DNA of 64,000 nt from an uncultured Acidobacteriota bacterium (GCA_963822445.1 CAWGHO010000002.1:928001-992000); one strand, 5' to 3'; positions 10,552 to 21,208 are shown, counted from the first letter of the stretch. Notes: generated by a model not told the origin, from the letters alone. Translations and numbers: made by a program.

Positions 10552-11602
10552 TGTCGGAGGAAGCGATCATCTGCTCGATCTCCTTCAACCGCACCTTCTT
10601 CGCCGTCTGTTCCGAGGACATCCAGCGGATCGTCCCGAAGATCGGCCGCTCCGGCGCCCAGGGCCGGTCGTGCTTGCCGAAACACCAGAGAACTCCGGCG
10701 TGCGTGTTGGGATCGATGGCGTCGTGCGCGTAGAGCTCGTGCAGCTTCACCATCGCCGCGTGCGCCTCTTCGGGCGTTTCGCTCCACTCGATGATCTTCT
10801 TGCCCCAGAGCATGCGCAGGTAGCCGTGTATCGTTCCGCAGGTCACGAGCTGGCGCTGGGCGAGATTCCAGACTTCATCGTGCGTCGCGGCGCGCTCGAG
10901 CTCTTCGAAGGTGTAGGTCGGCTTCCGTCGATCGCCGCGATGTTTATCGAGGGTCTGTTTCGCCCAATTCGGCAGCGCCTCGAGCGATGCGTACTGCGGG
11001 TTGTAAAAGCAGAGGTTGAAGGACAGCTCGCGGCGGATGATCAGCTGTTCCAGAAAGGCGTCGATGTCTTCCTCCGCCGCATCGCTCCGCAGCACGGCCT
11101 CGGCGATCGCGCGCGTGGCGATCTCTCCGCGATGAATCGCAGGCGAGAGACCGCTCACGTACCGCGGCGATTTGTTGTGCATCTCCGCGTTGCCGTCGAG
11201 AAACCCGAGATCGATGTCCGCCGGCTCCGAATCGGTCCAGAACTGCTCGAACAGCCGAAAGGCGCGGTCGCGGAAGAACTTCGCCGAATACTGCTCTTTC
11301 TCCATGGCCCGCATCGGCAGGATGCCGTTGCTGTCGACTAGGTGCGTGACGTGCGGAGGCGGCGGCAACGTCGGGATCTCGTCGGTGACCACGAAACGCG
11401 CACGGCGGAGGTCGTTCAGATCCTCGGTAACGGGCAATCCGAACGACTCGGCGAATGCCAGCGCCGGCCGCCGGGCCGAGCGCACGTGATACACAATGCG
11501 GTCGCCGCGCGGGTTGCCTTCGCCGATCTGGGTGACGCGCAACGCGAAGGGGTCCGCGCCGCCCCGCAAACGCCGTAACGAGAGGAAGGAATGGGGCGGC
11601 AA
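10520..11602 (-). CDS. phr: Class II deoxyribodipyrimidine photolyase, short form
   Basis: IHGYLRMLWGKKIIEWS, DPNTHAGVLWCFGKHDRPW..ERPIFGTIRWM; TAGAAT box 8 nt before the TTG start. Confidence 0.85.
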   Translation of the reverse strand: MPPHSFLSLRRLRGGADPFALRVTQIGEGNPRGDRIVYHVRSARRPALAFAESFGLPVTEDLNDLRRARFVVTDEIPTLPPPPHVTHLVDSNGILPMRAMEKEQYSAKFFRDRAFRLFEQFWTDSEPADIDLGFLDGNAEMHNKSPRYVSGLSPAIHRGEIATRAIAEAVLRSDAAEEDIDAFLEQLIIRRELSFNLCFYNPQYASLEALPNWAKQTLDKHRGDRRKPTYTFEELERAATHDEVWNLAQRQLVTCGTIHGYLRMLWGKKIIEWSETPEEAHAAMVKLHELYAHDAIDPNTHAGVLWCFGKHDRPWAPERPIFGTIRWMSSEQTAKKVRLKEIEQMIASSDNGRTGTQTRR

Positions 11603-11625
11603 GGGCGGGCATTCTAGGTCAAGCC

Positions 11626-12966
11626 ATGTTCGATAACTTGCAGGACAAGATGGACCGGGTCTTCAAGACCCTCCGCGGTGAAGCCACCCTCAACGAGTGG
11701 CACATCGACAACGCTCTGAAGGAAATCCGCGTCGCCCTGCTCGAGGCCGACGTCCACTTCAAGACCGTCAAAGAGTTCACCAACCGCGTTCGCGAGAAAG
11801 CGGTCGGCGAAGACGTCCTCACCGCCTTCTCCCCCGCCCAGCAGGTCACCAAGATCGTCCGCGACGAGCTGCAGACGCTCCTCGGCGGCAACGAAGTGGG
11901 CCTGGCCCTCGTCGGCAGCCCGGCGGTGATTATGATGGTCGGCCTGCAGGGCTCCGGTAAGACCACGACCTCCGGCAAGCTGGCCCTGCACCTCAAGAAC
12001 CGCGGCCGACGTCCGCTGCTCGTCCCCTGCGACGTCTACCGCCCCGCGGCAATCGACCAGCTCCGCATCGTCGCGAACAACGTCAAAGTCCCCTTCTACG
12101 AGCTCGGCGACAACCGCAATCCGCTGGAGATCGCCCGCAAGGCCCTGGCCGAGGCCAAGACCCTGCTGTACGACACGGTCATCCTCGACACCGCCGGCCG
12201 CCTGCACATCGACGACGAGCTGATGCAGGAGCTGCAGACCATCAAGAACGACGCGCGGCCGAGCGAGATCCTCTTCGTCGCCGACGCGATGACCGGGCAG
12301 GACGCGGTCAAGTCCGCGAAAGAATTCGACGACCGCCTCGGCGTCACCGGCATCGTCCTGACCAAGCTCGACGGCGACGCCCGCGGCGGCGCGGCGCTGT
12401 CGATCAAATCCGTCGTCAACCGCCCCATCAAATTCGTCGGCGTCGGTGAAAAGTACGTCGACCTCGACGTCTTCTATCCCGAGCGCATGGCCCAGCGCAT
12501 CCTAGGCATGGGCGACGTCCTCTCTCTGATCGAGAAGGTCGAGGCCGAGGTCGACAAGAAAGAAGCGGCTCGCCTTGCTGAGAGGGTTGCCAAGGACAAG
12601 TTCACCCTCGAAGACCTCCGTTCCCAGCTCCAGCAAGTCAAGAAGATGGGCCCGCTGTCTTCGCTGGTGGGGATGATCCCCGGCGCGGGCAAGATCAATG
12701 AGGACGAGATCGACGAGGGGGCCATCGTCCGGATGCAGGCCATCCTCGACTCGATGACCAAGAAAGAGCGGGAGTTCCCTCAGCTGCTGAACGGCCACCG
12801 CAAAAAGCGGATCGCCAAGGGCTCGGGAACGTCGGTCCAGGAGATCAACCGCCTCCTCAAGCAGTACCTGCAGATGAAGAAGATGATGAAGACCTTCTCG
12901 AAGGGCTTCGGGGCCCGGAAGTTCGGGAAAATGATGAAGGGTTTGCCCCCGGAATTCTTGCAGTAG
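11626..12966 (+). CDS. ffh: Signal recognition particle protein
   Basis: GLQGSGKTT, DTAGR, TKLDGDARGG, M domain. Confidence 0.98.
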   Translation: MFDNLQDKMDRVFKTLRGEATLNEWHIDNALKEIRVALLEADVHFKTVKEFTNRVREKAVGEDVLTAFSPAQQVTKIVRDELQTLLGGNEVGLALVGSPAVIMMVGLQGSGKTTTSGKLALHLKNRGRRPLLVPCDVYRPAAIDQLRIVANNVKVPFYELGDNRNPLEIARKALAEAKTLLYDTVILDTAGRLHIDDELMQELQTIKNDARPSEILFVADAMTGQDAVKSAKEFDDRLGVTGIVLTKLDGDARGGAALSIKSVVNRPIKFVGVGEKYVDLDVFYPERMAQRILGMGDVLSLIEKVEAEVDKKEAARLAERVAKDKFTLEDLRSQLQQVKKMGPLSSLVGMIPGAGKINEDEIDEGAIVRMQAILDSMTKKEREFPQLLNGHRKKRIAKGSGTSVQEINRLLKQYLQMKKMMKTFSKGFGARKFGKMMKGLPPEFLQ

Positions 12967-13017
12967 GGCAGATGTTCGGCCCCTCCGCAGCAATAAATTC
13001 AAGGAGTTACTGAACAC

Positions 13018-13257
13018 ATGTTGAAGATTCGCTTGCGCCGCGGTGGAGCCACTCACGCGCCGTTCTACCGCATCGTGGTCTCGGATTCGCTCAAGACGCC
13101 CGCCGCGGCGACGCTCGAGCAGATCGGCCACTACGACCCGAAGAAGAACCCGGCCGACGTGAAGATCGACCGTGCCCGCGTCGACTACTGGGTGTCGAAA
13201 GGCGCGCAGCTCTCGCCCACCGTCAAGTCACTGCTCAAGAAGTACAAAGAGCAGTAG
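13018..13257 (+). CDS. rpsP: 30S ribosomal protein S16
   Basis: MLKIRLRRGG..PFYRIVV; canonical position after ffh. Confidence 0.97.
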   Translation: MLKIRLRRGGATHAPFYRIVVSDSLKTPAAATLEQIGHYDPKKNPADVKIDRARVDYWVSKGAQLSPTVKSLLKKYKEQ

Positions 13258-13263
13258 GCCGTC

Positions 13264-13494
13264 ATGAAAGACCTGGTCGAGTTCGTGGCCAAGTCCCTCG
13301 TCGACAATCCGGACGAGGTGCGGCTCCGCACGTACGAGCGCGATCAGCAGACCGTGATCGAGCTCGAAGTCGCTCCCGACGATCTCGGCAAGGTGATTGG
13401 CCGCCAGGGCCGCACCGCCCGGGCCATCCGCACCCTCCTCGGCGCCGCCGGACAGAAATCGCGACGGCGCTACATGCTCGACATCGTTGATTAG
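13264..13494 (+). CDS. khpA: KH-domain RNA-binding protein
   Basis: DLGKVIGRQGRTARAIR; between rpsP and rimM. Confidence 0.93.
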   Translation: MKDLVEFVAKSLVDNPDEVRLRTYERDQQTVIELEVAPDDLGKVIGRQGRTARAIRTLLGAAGQKSRRRYMLDIVD

Positions 13495-13496
13495 CG

Positions 13497-14030
13497 ATGT
13501 CTAACCGCATCGCCATCGGCGTGATCCGCAAGGCGCACGGCGTGCGCGGCGAAGCGAGCATCGAGCCGTGGACCGATTCGCCGGACCGCTTCACCGAGCT
13601 CGAATCGATCGCCCTCGTTTCCCCGGATGAGTCGGCGGTCCGCGAGGTCCGCATCGAGAGCGTTCGCATCCACGGCGAGCGCGCGCTCATCAAGTTCGCC
13701 GGTGTCGAGACGCCCGAGGAAGTGCAGAAGCTGCACAACTGGACGATCGAAATTCCGGAGGATGAGGCCCGCGCGCTCGAGGAAGACGAGTACTTCCTCC
13801 ACGACCTGGTCGGCCTGACCCTGTTTGATCCGCAGGGCAAAGAGCGCGGCGTCGTCACCGACGTCTACGAAGGCGGCGGGGGCATGCTCCTCAACGTGAA
13901 GCGCGCGGACGGACGGGAGTTCGAGCTGCCCTTCGCGGCCCAGCTCTGCACCGAGATCGATCTGGAGAAGAAGCGGATGGTCGTGGAGCTGCCTGAAGGC
14001 CTGGACGACCTCGATGCCGTTACGGATTGA
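13497..14030 (+). CDS. rimM: Ribosome maturation factor RimM
   Basis: IGVIRKAHGVRGE, EYFLHDLVG, PRC barrel; synteny. Confidence 0.95.
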   Translation: MSNRIAIGVIRKAHGVRGEASIEPWTDSPDRFTELESIALVSPDESAVREVRIESVRIHGERALIKFAGVETPEEVQKLHNWTIEIPEDEARALEEDEYFLHDLVGLTLFDPQGKERGVVTDVYEGGGGMLLNVKRADGREFELPFAAQLCTEIDLEKKRMVVELPEGLDDLDAVTD

Positions 14031-14784
14031 TTTCGTCACCATCTTCCCGAAGATGTTCGAGCCGCTGCTGGCCGAGGGGGTCATCGCCCGCGGTGTGAAG
14101 CAGGGGCTGCTCGATATCCAGGTCTGGGACCTGCGCGACTTCGCCGCCGACAAACATCGCTCGACGGATGACGAGGCGTATGGCGGCGGGCCAGGGATGG
14201 TGATGCTGGGGGAGCCGGTGTTTCGGGCGGTTGAGGCCGTAGAGCAGACACTCTTGTCTGCTGAAGACCGAGCAGACAAGAGTGTCTGCTCTACGCCGCA
14301 TCTGGTCATGACCTCCCCCCAAGGCCGCAAGTTCACCCAATCCGTCGCTCTCGAGCTTCGCGACAAGCAGCATGTCGTTTTCCTGTGCGGCCGCTACGAG
14401 GGCTTCGACCATCGCGTGCATGAAGCCCTGCGGCCCGACGAGATCTCCATCGGCGACTTCGTCGTCTCCGGCGGCGAGCTGCCGGCCATGCTCATGGCCG
14501 ATGCGATGGGGCGGCTGGTCGAAGGGGTGGTGGGCAACAACAGCTCCGTCGAGGAAGACTCCTTCTTCAAAGGCCTGCTCGATTACCCCCACTACACCCG
14601 CCCGGAAACGCTCCGGGGAATGCGCATCCCGGAGATCCTCCTTTCCGGGCATCACGAGAACATCCGCAAGTGGCGGAAGGAGCAGTCTCTGAAGGCCACG
14701 CTGGAGAAGCGGCCTGATCTTCTGGAGACCGCGGAGCTCGACTCCGAGGCCCGGGAAATTCTTCGGAAGCTCGGCAAGTTCTAG
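14014..14784 (+). CDS. trmD: tRNA (guanine-N1)-methyltransferase, with a palindromic in-frame insertion
   Basis: [38 protein letters not shown]. Confidence 0.97.
   Translation: MPLRIDFVTIFPKMFEPLLAEGVIARGVKQGLLDIQVWDLRDFAADKHRSTDDEAYGGGPGMVMLGEPVFRAVEAVEQTLLSAEDRADKSVCSTPHLVMTSPQGRKFTQSVALELRDKQHVVFLCGRYEGFDHRVHEALRPDEISIGDFVVSGGELPAMLMADAMGRLVEGVVGNNSSVEEDSFFKGLLDYPHYTRPETLRGMRIPEILLSGHHENIRKWRKEQSLKATLEKRPDLLETAELDSEAREILRKLGKF
14238..14295. repeat. REP doublet (REPIN-like): perfect 25-bp inverted repeat with 8-nt spacer inside trmD
   Basis: CGTAGAGCAGACACTCTTGTCTGCT-gaagaccg-AGCAGACAAGAGTGTCTGCTCTACG; each arm is GTAG plus its own hairpin. Confidence 0.9.
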
Positions 14785-14884
14785 CCCGAGCCGCACCGGA
14801 AGTTCTTCTGCGGCAAAGCCTTGCAATACCGATCAAAATCGGCGATCCTTCACGGCTCGCTTTCAGGAAATTGGAGTTACGTCA

Positions 14885-15241
14885 ATGGCTGCTGACATCA
14901 TGAAGCTCGTCGAGTCGCAGGAGATCAAGCGCACGGACATCCCCGCGTTTGCCCCCGGCGACACCATCAAGGTCCACGTGAAGGTCAAGGAAGGCGACAA
15001 AGAGCGCATCCAGATCTTCCAGGGGCTGGTGATCTCCCGCCGTGGCGGCGGTACGCGCCAGATGTTCACCGTCCGCAAGGTATCCGGCGGCGTCGGTGTG
15101 GAGCGCATGTTCCCGCTCTATTCGCCTACCATCGATAAAATCGAGGTCGAACGCCATGGCCGGGTCCGTCGCGCGAAGCTCTACTACCTCCGGGATCTCC
15201 GCGGAAAAGCCGCGCGCATCGAAGAAAAGCGTCCGCGTTAA
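14885..15241 (+). CDS. rplS: 50S ribosomal protein L19
   Basis: [37 protein letters not shown]. Confidence 0.98.
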   Translation: MAADIMKLVESQEIKRTDIPAFAPGDTIKVHVKVKEGDKERIQIFQGLVISRRGGGTRQMFTVRKVSGGVGVERMFPLYSPTIDKIEVERHGRVRRAKLYYLRDLRGKAARIEEKRPR

Positions 15242-15302
15242 GCGAACCCCAGACGAAAAACTGCACGACTCCCTGTTCGCGGAGCTCGCGCGCGTCGCCG
15301 AG

Positions 15303-15941
15303 ATGTCGGTCGTCGAGCGCAGGCTCCGCGATTTTGGTTTCCGGGCAATCGCCGGCACCGATGAAGTGGGCCGCGGCTGTCTGGCCGGCCCCGTCGTCGC
15401 CGCGTGCGTGATTCTCGATCACGATCCCACGCTGGTCGGCGTGAACGACTCCAAGCTCGTCGATCACGACCATCGCATCGCCGCCTGCCGGCTGGTGCTG
15501 TCGCGCGCACGCGCCGTTTCCATCGGCGTCGTCGAAGCGACGACCATCGATCGCATCAACATCCTTCGCGCCAGCAAGCTGGCCATGCTCCAGGCCATCG
15601 ACGATCTCGCCATTCGTCCGGACGTATTGCTCCTCGACGCGGTGCTGCTCGAATCGCTGGAGATGCCGCAGATTCCGCTGATTCAAGGCGATCAGCGAAG
15701 TGTCTCCATCGCCGCGGCTTCCATCGTCGCGAAGGTCTATCGCGATTTCCTGATGGAGTCGTATCATGCGCAATACCCCGTTTACGGTTTCAAGCATCAC
15801 AGGGGATACGCGACGGAAGAGCATCAGGCCGCACTGAAGCTGTACGGCCCTAGTCCGATCCATCGCAAGTCGTTCGAAGGGGTGGAGGAGCCGAGGCTGC
15901 TTTTCGGCATGAGCGGAGAAGATGGCGGTTCAACGCGATAA
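15303..15941 (+). CDS. rnhB: Ribonuclease HII (start uncertain)
   Basis: [41 protein letters not shown]. Confidence 0.93.
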   Translation: MSVVERRLRDFGFRAIAGTDEVGRGCLAGPVVAACVILDHDPTLVGVNDSKLVDHDHRIAACRLVLSRARAVSIGVVEATTIDRINILRASKLAMLQAIDDLAIRPDVLLLDAVLLESLEMPQIPLIQGDQRSVSIAAASIVAKVYRDFLMESYHAQYPVYGFKHHRGYATEEHQAALKLYGPSPIHRKSFEGVEEPRLLFGMSGEDGGSTR

Positions 15942-18900
15942 AGTCATCGCCAGCGCCGAAAAGCTGGTCGCCAAGGGCAAGATCGAACCGGCGATCAAGG
16001 AATACGAGCGGCTCCTCGAAGACAACCCGAACGACGTCAACACCCTCAATCGCATCGGCGACCTCTGGGTCCGCATCAACCGCAACGACGAGGCGGTCAA
16101 GGTCTTCACCAAGATCGCGGACCACTACTCCAAGGACGGGTTCTTCCTCAAAGCGATCGCGATCTACAAGAAGATCAACAAGCTCGATCCGTCGAAGCTC
16201 GAGATCTACGCGAAACTCGCCGACCTGTACGCGAAACAGGGCCTGGCCATGGAGGCCAAGAGCCAGTACCAGGTCCTCGCCGACTACTACCTGAAGCACG
16301 GCGAGCCGGGGAACGCGCTCGCCATCTACCGCAAGATCTCCGAGCTCGACCCGAACGCGATCAACGTCCACGTCAAGCTCGCCGACCTCTACTCGCAGAA
16401 CAATCAGACCGCGGAAGCGCTCAAGGAGTACGACCGCGTCGGACGGATGCTGCTCAAGCGGGGCATGCTCGACGAGGCGGTGCAGGTCTTCCGCAAAGCG
16501 CTGAAGATCGATCCGAAGAACACGGAGTTGGTCGAGTCGCTGGTCACGGCGCTCCTCGACGCGAAGGACTTCACCAACGCGCAGGTGATCGTCGACGCGG
16601 CTGCGGAGACGAATCCGAACAATTCGAAGCTCCTGGCGATGCAGGGCAAAATTCAGCTCGGCCGCGGCGACAGCGCTTCGGCACGAACGACGCTGGAGAA
16701 GGCACTCGCCGCCGATCCGAACGAGCCCTCCGTCCGCGATGCGCTCACCGATCTGTATCTGAAGAAGGGCGACGCCGATCGTGCCCTCGAAATGGTCACG
16801 CCGCTGGTCGAACGAGCCCTCGGACGCGGCGAACGTGGCGCGGCCATCGAGCTGCTGAATCGCATCCTGCGCATCGACACGGGTCACGCGCCGACGCTCG
16901 AGCGCATGGTTGCGGTCTACACGCGACTCAACGAAGAGACGAACGTCCTTTCGTCGATGAACAGCCTGGCCGAGGCTCACATCAGCCGGCAGCGCTACGA
17001 CGAGGCGGGCAAGGTGCTGGAGAAGCTGATCCAGCGCGAACCGCAGAACGCACAGCACCGCAACAAGCTGCAGTTCGTGAAATCACAGAGCGGCGGCATC
17101 GACACGATGCCCGCGGGCGGTGGCCGCAAGTCGGGCCCGCAACCGGCCGCGCCCGTGCTCGACGCTCCTCCGCCGAGCATGCCAACGATGGAGATCGAGG
17201 AGCCGACGCCGTCGTTCGACTTCAGCGACGAGCCGGCGATGTCGCTCGATCTCGACGCGTCGGAGCCGATCGAGCTCGACATGTCGCTCGATGAGCCTCC
17301 CGCGCCCGCGCCCGCGCCCGTTGCGCCTCCGCCGCCCATGCAGCAACTGCGGCCGGCCGTCGAGCTGGCCGGCGTCGATCTTTCGGACTCCGGCGACGAT
17401 CTCGATTTCATTACCGAGCATCTGACCGAGGCGGAGGTCTTCGCCAAGTACGGTCTCGCGGAGAAAGCGGCCGAGCATCTCCGCGCGGTGCTCGAGCGCG
17501 CGCCGAAGAACACGACCGCGCACGATCGTCTGTACCGGATCCTCCTCGAGGAAGGCGAGCTCGAAGGGGCGCGCGCTTCAGCCCAGGTGTACATCGCCGT
17601 GCTCGAGGAAAAGGGCGATACCGAAGCGATCGAAGTGGTGCGCCATGAGTTCGGCCTGCGCGGTCACAGCCTCGAAGCACCGAAAGCCGCTCCCGCACGC
17701 GCATCGGCACCGCAACCTGCCGCGGCGATCACGCTCGACGATTTCGCGGAGGACACGTCCGAGATCACGTTCGACGTCGAGACGCCGGCGGAGATCGAGT
17801 TCGATCTCGAAGCTCCGGAACCGGTGATCGAGACCGCGCCGGAAGTGGTCGAGGAAGCTGTCGAGGAAATCGATTTCACGCCCGCGCCGGAACCGGAGCC
17901 CGAGCCGATCATCGAGCTGGAACCCGAGCCCGAGCCGATTCTCGACTTCGTTCCTGAGCCCGAGCCGGAGCCCGTGCTCGCGCCTGAACCGGAGCCCGAG
18001 CCCATTCTCGATTTCGTCGAAGAGCCCGAGCCCGAGCCCATCGCCACCCAACCCGAGGAACCGTTCTTCGGCGTGGAAAGCCTCGGCCAGGGATTCGATG
18101 CAGGCGAGCCTCCCATCGAAGAGATCGGCGAAGTCGACTTCTACATCGAGCAGGAGCTGTTCGATGAGGCGCGCGGCAAGCTCGACTCGCTGATTGCCCG
18201 TTTCCCCGGCAATCTCGATCTCGAAGGCCGACGCGAGCGCCTCGAAGCCTCGGCGGCGTCAATCGCACGCCCCGCGCTGCTTTCCCGCGACGAGATCGAG
18301 AGCGAGTTGCTTTCTGCGATTCCGGACGAGGACGACGACTTCGCCATCGCCACGCCGCCTCCGCCCGCCGCGGCCGCGGCGCCGGAGCCGATCTCACCGG
18401 CGCTGTCCGCGGCGCTGGTCGAAGAGGAGAACCTCTTCGCCGACGAGGACAACTTCTTCGACCTCGCGGCGGAGCTCGAGTCCGAGCTGGCCGATGAGGA
18501 AGAGTCGATCTCGCTGTCCGAGGAAGAGCAGTCGCTCGAGGAGATCTTCAAGGAGTTCAAGAAGGGCGTCGAACAGCAGCTCGACTCCGAGGATTACGAC
18601 ACCCACTACAACCTCGGCATCGCCTACAAAGAGATGGGCCTCATCGACGAGGCCATCGGCGAGTTCCAGCTCGCGTCGAAGGATCCGAAGCGCGCCGTCG
18701 AGTGCGCGTCGATGCTCGGTCTCTGCTTTCTCGAGAAGGGCATGCCCCAGCTCGCGATCAAGTGGTACCGCAAGGGGCTGGAGATGCCGGAGATCACCGA
18801 GGAGGAGCACATCGGGCTGCTCTACGACCTCGGATCCGCCTACCAGGAAGTCGGCGACACCGACCAGGCGCAGAAGGCGTTCATGGAGGTGTACGGCATG

Positions 18901-18960
18901 AACTCCAACTACCGCGACATCGTCACGCGGATCAAGGCGCTCGAAGACGCGAAGAAATGA
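15922..18960 (+). CDS. Large TPR protein with acidic/Pro-rich linker (SgmX-like architecture)
   Basis: N-terminal TPR array, long E/P-rich linker, C-terminal TPRs ([22 protein letters not shown]). Confidence 0.8.
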   Translation: MAVQRDKVIASAEKLVAKGKIEPAIKEYERLLEDNPNDVNTLNRIGDLWVRINRNDEAVKVFTKIADHYSKDGFFLKAIAIYKKINKLDPSKLEIYAKLADLYAKQGLAMEAKSQYQVLADYYLKHGEPGNALAIYRKISELDPNAINVHVKLADLYSQNNQTAEALKEYDRVGRMLLKRGMLDEAVQVFRKALKIDPKNTELVESLVTALLDAKDFTNAQVIVDAAAETNPNNSKLLAMQGKIQLGRGDSASARTTLEKALAADPNEPSVRDALTDLYLKKGDADRALEMVTPLVERALGRGERGAAIELLNRILRIDTGHAPTLERMVAVYTRLNEETNVLSSMNSLAEAHISRQRYDEAGKVLEKLIQREPQNAQHRNKLQFVKSQSGGIDTMPAGGGRKSGPQPAAPVLDAPPPSMPTMEIEEPTPSFDFSDEPAMSLDLDASEPIELDMSLDEPPAPAPAPVAPPPPMQQLRPAVELAGVDLSDSGDDLDFITEHLTEAEVFAKYGLAEKAAEHLRAVLERAPKNTTAHDRLYRILLEEGELEGARASAQVYIAVLEEKGDTEAIEVVRHEFGLRGHSLEAPKAAPARASAPQPAAAITLDDFAEDTSEITFDVETPAEIEFDLEAPEPVIETAPEVVEEAVEEIDFTPAPEPEPEPIIELEPEPEPILDFVPEPEPEPVLAPEPEPEPILDFVEEPEPEPIATQPEEPFFGVESLGQGFDAGEPPIEEIGEVDFYIEQELFDEARGKLDSLIARFPGNLDLEGRRERLEASAASIARPALLSRDEIESELLSAIPDEDDDFAIATPPPPAAAAAPEPISPALSAALVEEENLFADEDNFFDLAAELESELADEEESISLSEEEQSLEEIFKEFKKGVEQQLDSEDYDTHYNLGIAYKEMGLIDEAIGEFQLASKDPKRAVECASMLGLCFLEKGMPQLAIKWYRKGLEMPEITEEEHIGLLYDLGSAYQEVGDTDQAQKAFMEVYGMNSNYRDIVTRIKALEDAKK
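17880..18050 (+). repeat. Coding (EP)n repeats, PEPEPEPI(L/I)(D/E) units
   Basis: Recurrent gagccc hexamers and ILDFV units. Confidence 0.8.
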
Positions 18961-18963
18961 CCC

Positions 18964-19491
18964 GTGGCAGGCGAAGTCATCTGGTACGTCACCGGCCGCT
19001 TCTATGCTGATTCCCACGGCAACCTGTACGACGTCGGCTACTTTCTGAACCTGCAGGGCGTCGGCGGCGCACAGTCGGAAGCGGACGCGTATCTGACATT
19101 TGCAGCGGAGCCGTTCTCCGCGCCCACGATCCAGAACGGCAGCCTGACCATCGGCATCGACGCAACGGGCTCGTTCAGCATCTATCTGCTCGACACGCCC
19201 GGCGCGACCTTCGACGACCCAACGACGTTCTCCGCCGGAACCGCCATCGCGACGTTCTCGCGCGTCGCCGTCGTGCCGACCGTGAAGATCGGCATCGGCG
19301 GCAACGCAACCCTGCTGTCGAACGTATTCACGGCGCAACTCACGTCTTCGCAGCCGTTTACGTTGCAGGGCGTGACGTACGACCTCGCGAATGTCGTCGG
19401 AAACGCGATCACTCAGTGGGGCACGGCGGCCAGCAGCAGCGCGGACACCGCGGGTGTCCCCTTCGTCGGTTCAGCCATCCGCGTCGGTTGA
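18964..19491 (+). CDS. Hypothetical beta-rich protein
   Basis: 175-aa ORF with host-like codon usage directly after the TPR gene; no motif recognised. Confidence 0.7.
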   Translation: MAGEVIWYVTGRFYADSHGNLYDVGYFLNLQGVGGAQSEADAYLTFAAEPFSAPTIQNGSLTIGIDATGSFSIYLLDTPGATFDDPTTFSAGTAIATFSRVAVVPTVKIGIGGNATLLSNVFTAQLTSSQPFTLQGVTYDLANVVGNAITQWGTAASSSADTAGVPFVGSAIRVG

Positions 19492-19539
19492 TGGCGTCCT
19501 CCCGGAACCTTTTCCCACCCCGCGCGTTAATCCCTTCGA

Positions 19540-20163
19540 ATGACGGACGACGCACTGATGCAGCGGGTTCGCGAGGGCGACGACGACGCCTTCGGCGAGA
19601 TCGTCGATCGCTACAAGAACCCGCTGGTCAACTACCTCACGCATCTGGTTCGGTCCCGGGACCGCGCTGAAGAGATCGCGCAGGACGCGTTCGTCCGCCT
19701 GTATCGCAACGCCGCCAACTACAAGGAGCAGGACCGGCTCGCGCCGTATCTCTTCCGCATCGCCACGAACCTCACCGTCACCGAGGTGCGGCGGGCGAAG
19801 CGGTGGACCCTGCTCATGCCACGGCTTCACGCCAGTACGTCGCAGCACACGCCTTCGCCCGACGCAAACCTGATCACCGACGAGATCCAGAAACAGGTCA
19901 ACGCGGCCCTGGAGCGCCTTCCGCTCAAGTTCCGCGCACCGCTGGTGCTTTTCGAGATCGAGGAATGGTCGTACGAGGCGATCGCAACGGCGCTCGACGT
20001 CCGCATCGGGACCGTGAAGTCGCGAATTTCCAGGGCCCGCGATCTCCTGCGCCGGCAGCTCGCACCCTGGTGGAAGGGAGGACACAACCATGAACGACAC
20101 ACAGCTCAGCACTTCGATGCGCAACCTGCCGCGCGTGACAGCGTCGCCCGCGTTCACTTCTGA
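19540..20163 (+). CDS. ECF RNA polymerase sigma factor
   Basis: AEEIAQDAFVR, YLFRIATN, SYEAIA..L..GTVKSRISRAR. Confidence 0.93.
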   Translation: MTDDALMQRVREGDDDAFGEIVDRYKNPLVNYLTHLVRSRDRAEEIAQDAFVRLYRNAANYKEQDRLAPYLFRIATNLTVTEVRRAKRWTLLMPRLHASTSQHTPSPDANLITDEIQKQVNAALERLPLKFRAPLVLFEIEEWSYEAIATALDVRIGTVKSRISRARDLLRRQLAPWWKGGHNHERHTAQHFDAQPAARDSVARVHF

Positions 20164-20473
20164 CGTGATGCGCGCGGTGCGCGCGACGGGAGAGCGACGG
20201 CACGTTCCGTTCGTCTGGCGGATGGCCGCCGGTGTGGCGATGGCGGCCTGCCTTCTGGCAGTCGTGCACCTCGCATCACTGCAGTACACACGGAGACAGG
20301 ACCTCGCGCAACTGCGCGTCGAACAACAGAAACTTCAAGCGGAACTGCAGGCCGTGAAGAAGATCGCCGCCGAGCCCGAACCGGTGGTCGTCTTCGAAAA
20401 CAGCCAGGGCGCGCGCGTGATCATGGATCTCGACACGGCCGTGCAGCCCGCGTCTTACCGCACTTTCGATTAG
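20090..20473 (+). CDS. Putative single-pass anti-sigma factor
   Basis: GGAGGA SD; one TM helix then coiled coil; position after the ECF gene. Confidence 0.7.
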   Translation: MNDTQLSTSMRNLPRVTASPAFTSDVMRAVRATGERRHVPFVWRMAAGVAMAACLLAVVHLASLQYTRRQDLAQLRVEQQKLQAELQAVKKIAAEPEPVVVFENSQGARVIMDLDTAVQPASYRTFD

Positions 20474-20482
20474 CCCGGAGGA

Positions 20483-21124
20483 ATGACTCACATGAAACTC
20501 AAATCGATTCTCACTTTCGTACTCCTGATCCTCGTCGCGACGGCCGCGTTCGCCGAGAAGCCGCAGAAACGGACGCTCATCATTCGCGACGGCAAGGTCA
20601 TCACCGATGAAATCAGCGGCGACGACATCGACATCCGCGGCTTCGAAGAGCTCCTCGGCGGCAAGCGCGCCGTCCTCGGCGTCAGCCTCGTCGACCTCAC
20701 TCCCGAGCTGCGCGCGCACTACGGCGCGGACAAGGACGCGGGCATCCTCGTCGGCAGCGTCGAAGAAGGCGGCCCGGCCGACAAGGCAGGCGTGCGCGTC
20801 GGCGACATCATCCTCAGCGTCGACGGAAAAGAACTGACGTCTTCGTCGCAGGTCCGCCGCGCCCTGAAGGAAAAGAAGGAAGGCGACAGCGTTCGCGTCG
20901 AAGTCCTTCGCGGACGCGCGCGCCAGACGCTGGTCGCCTCGGTGATCGAGCGTGAAGGCCCGCATGGCTTCCGCATCGCCGATCTGGGCGGAAGCATGGA
21001 GCTCTTTCGCGGACCGGAATGGCGCGGCCGCGTGATGGCCCTGCCGAATTGCGTGGAGCTGCAGTCGAAGCTCAAAGACCTCGAGACGAAGATGAAAGAG
21101 TTGGAAAAGAAACTGCAGAAGTAA
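20483..21124 (+). CDS. Exported PDZ-domain protein
   Basis: Signal peptide; LGVSLVDLT..GGPADKAGVRVGDIILSVDG. Confidence 0.88.
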   Translation: MTHMKLKSILTFVLLILVATAAFAEKPQKRTLIIRDGKVITDEISGDDIDIRGFEELLGGKRAVLGVSLVDLTPELRAHYGADKDAGILVGSVEEGGPADKAGVRVGDIILSVDGKELTSSSQVRRALKEKKEGDSVRVEVLRGRARQTLVASVIEREGPHGFRIADLGGSMELFRGPEWRGRVMALPNCVELQSKLKDLETKMKELEKKLQK

Positions 21125-21182
21125 ACCCGCGTCACGTTCCGGAGCCGGGAGCACGGCGCCGGAGCTCCTCCTCCTCGATTGC

Positions 21183-21208
21183 AGGGCGGCCGAATCGGCC
21201 GCCCTTTT
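21183..21208 (+). terminator. Intrinsic terminator hairpin (24 nt identical to 34802-34825)
   Basis: AGGGCGGCCG-AAT-CGGCCGCCCT followed by TTT. Confidence 0.65.
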
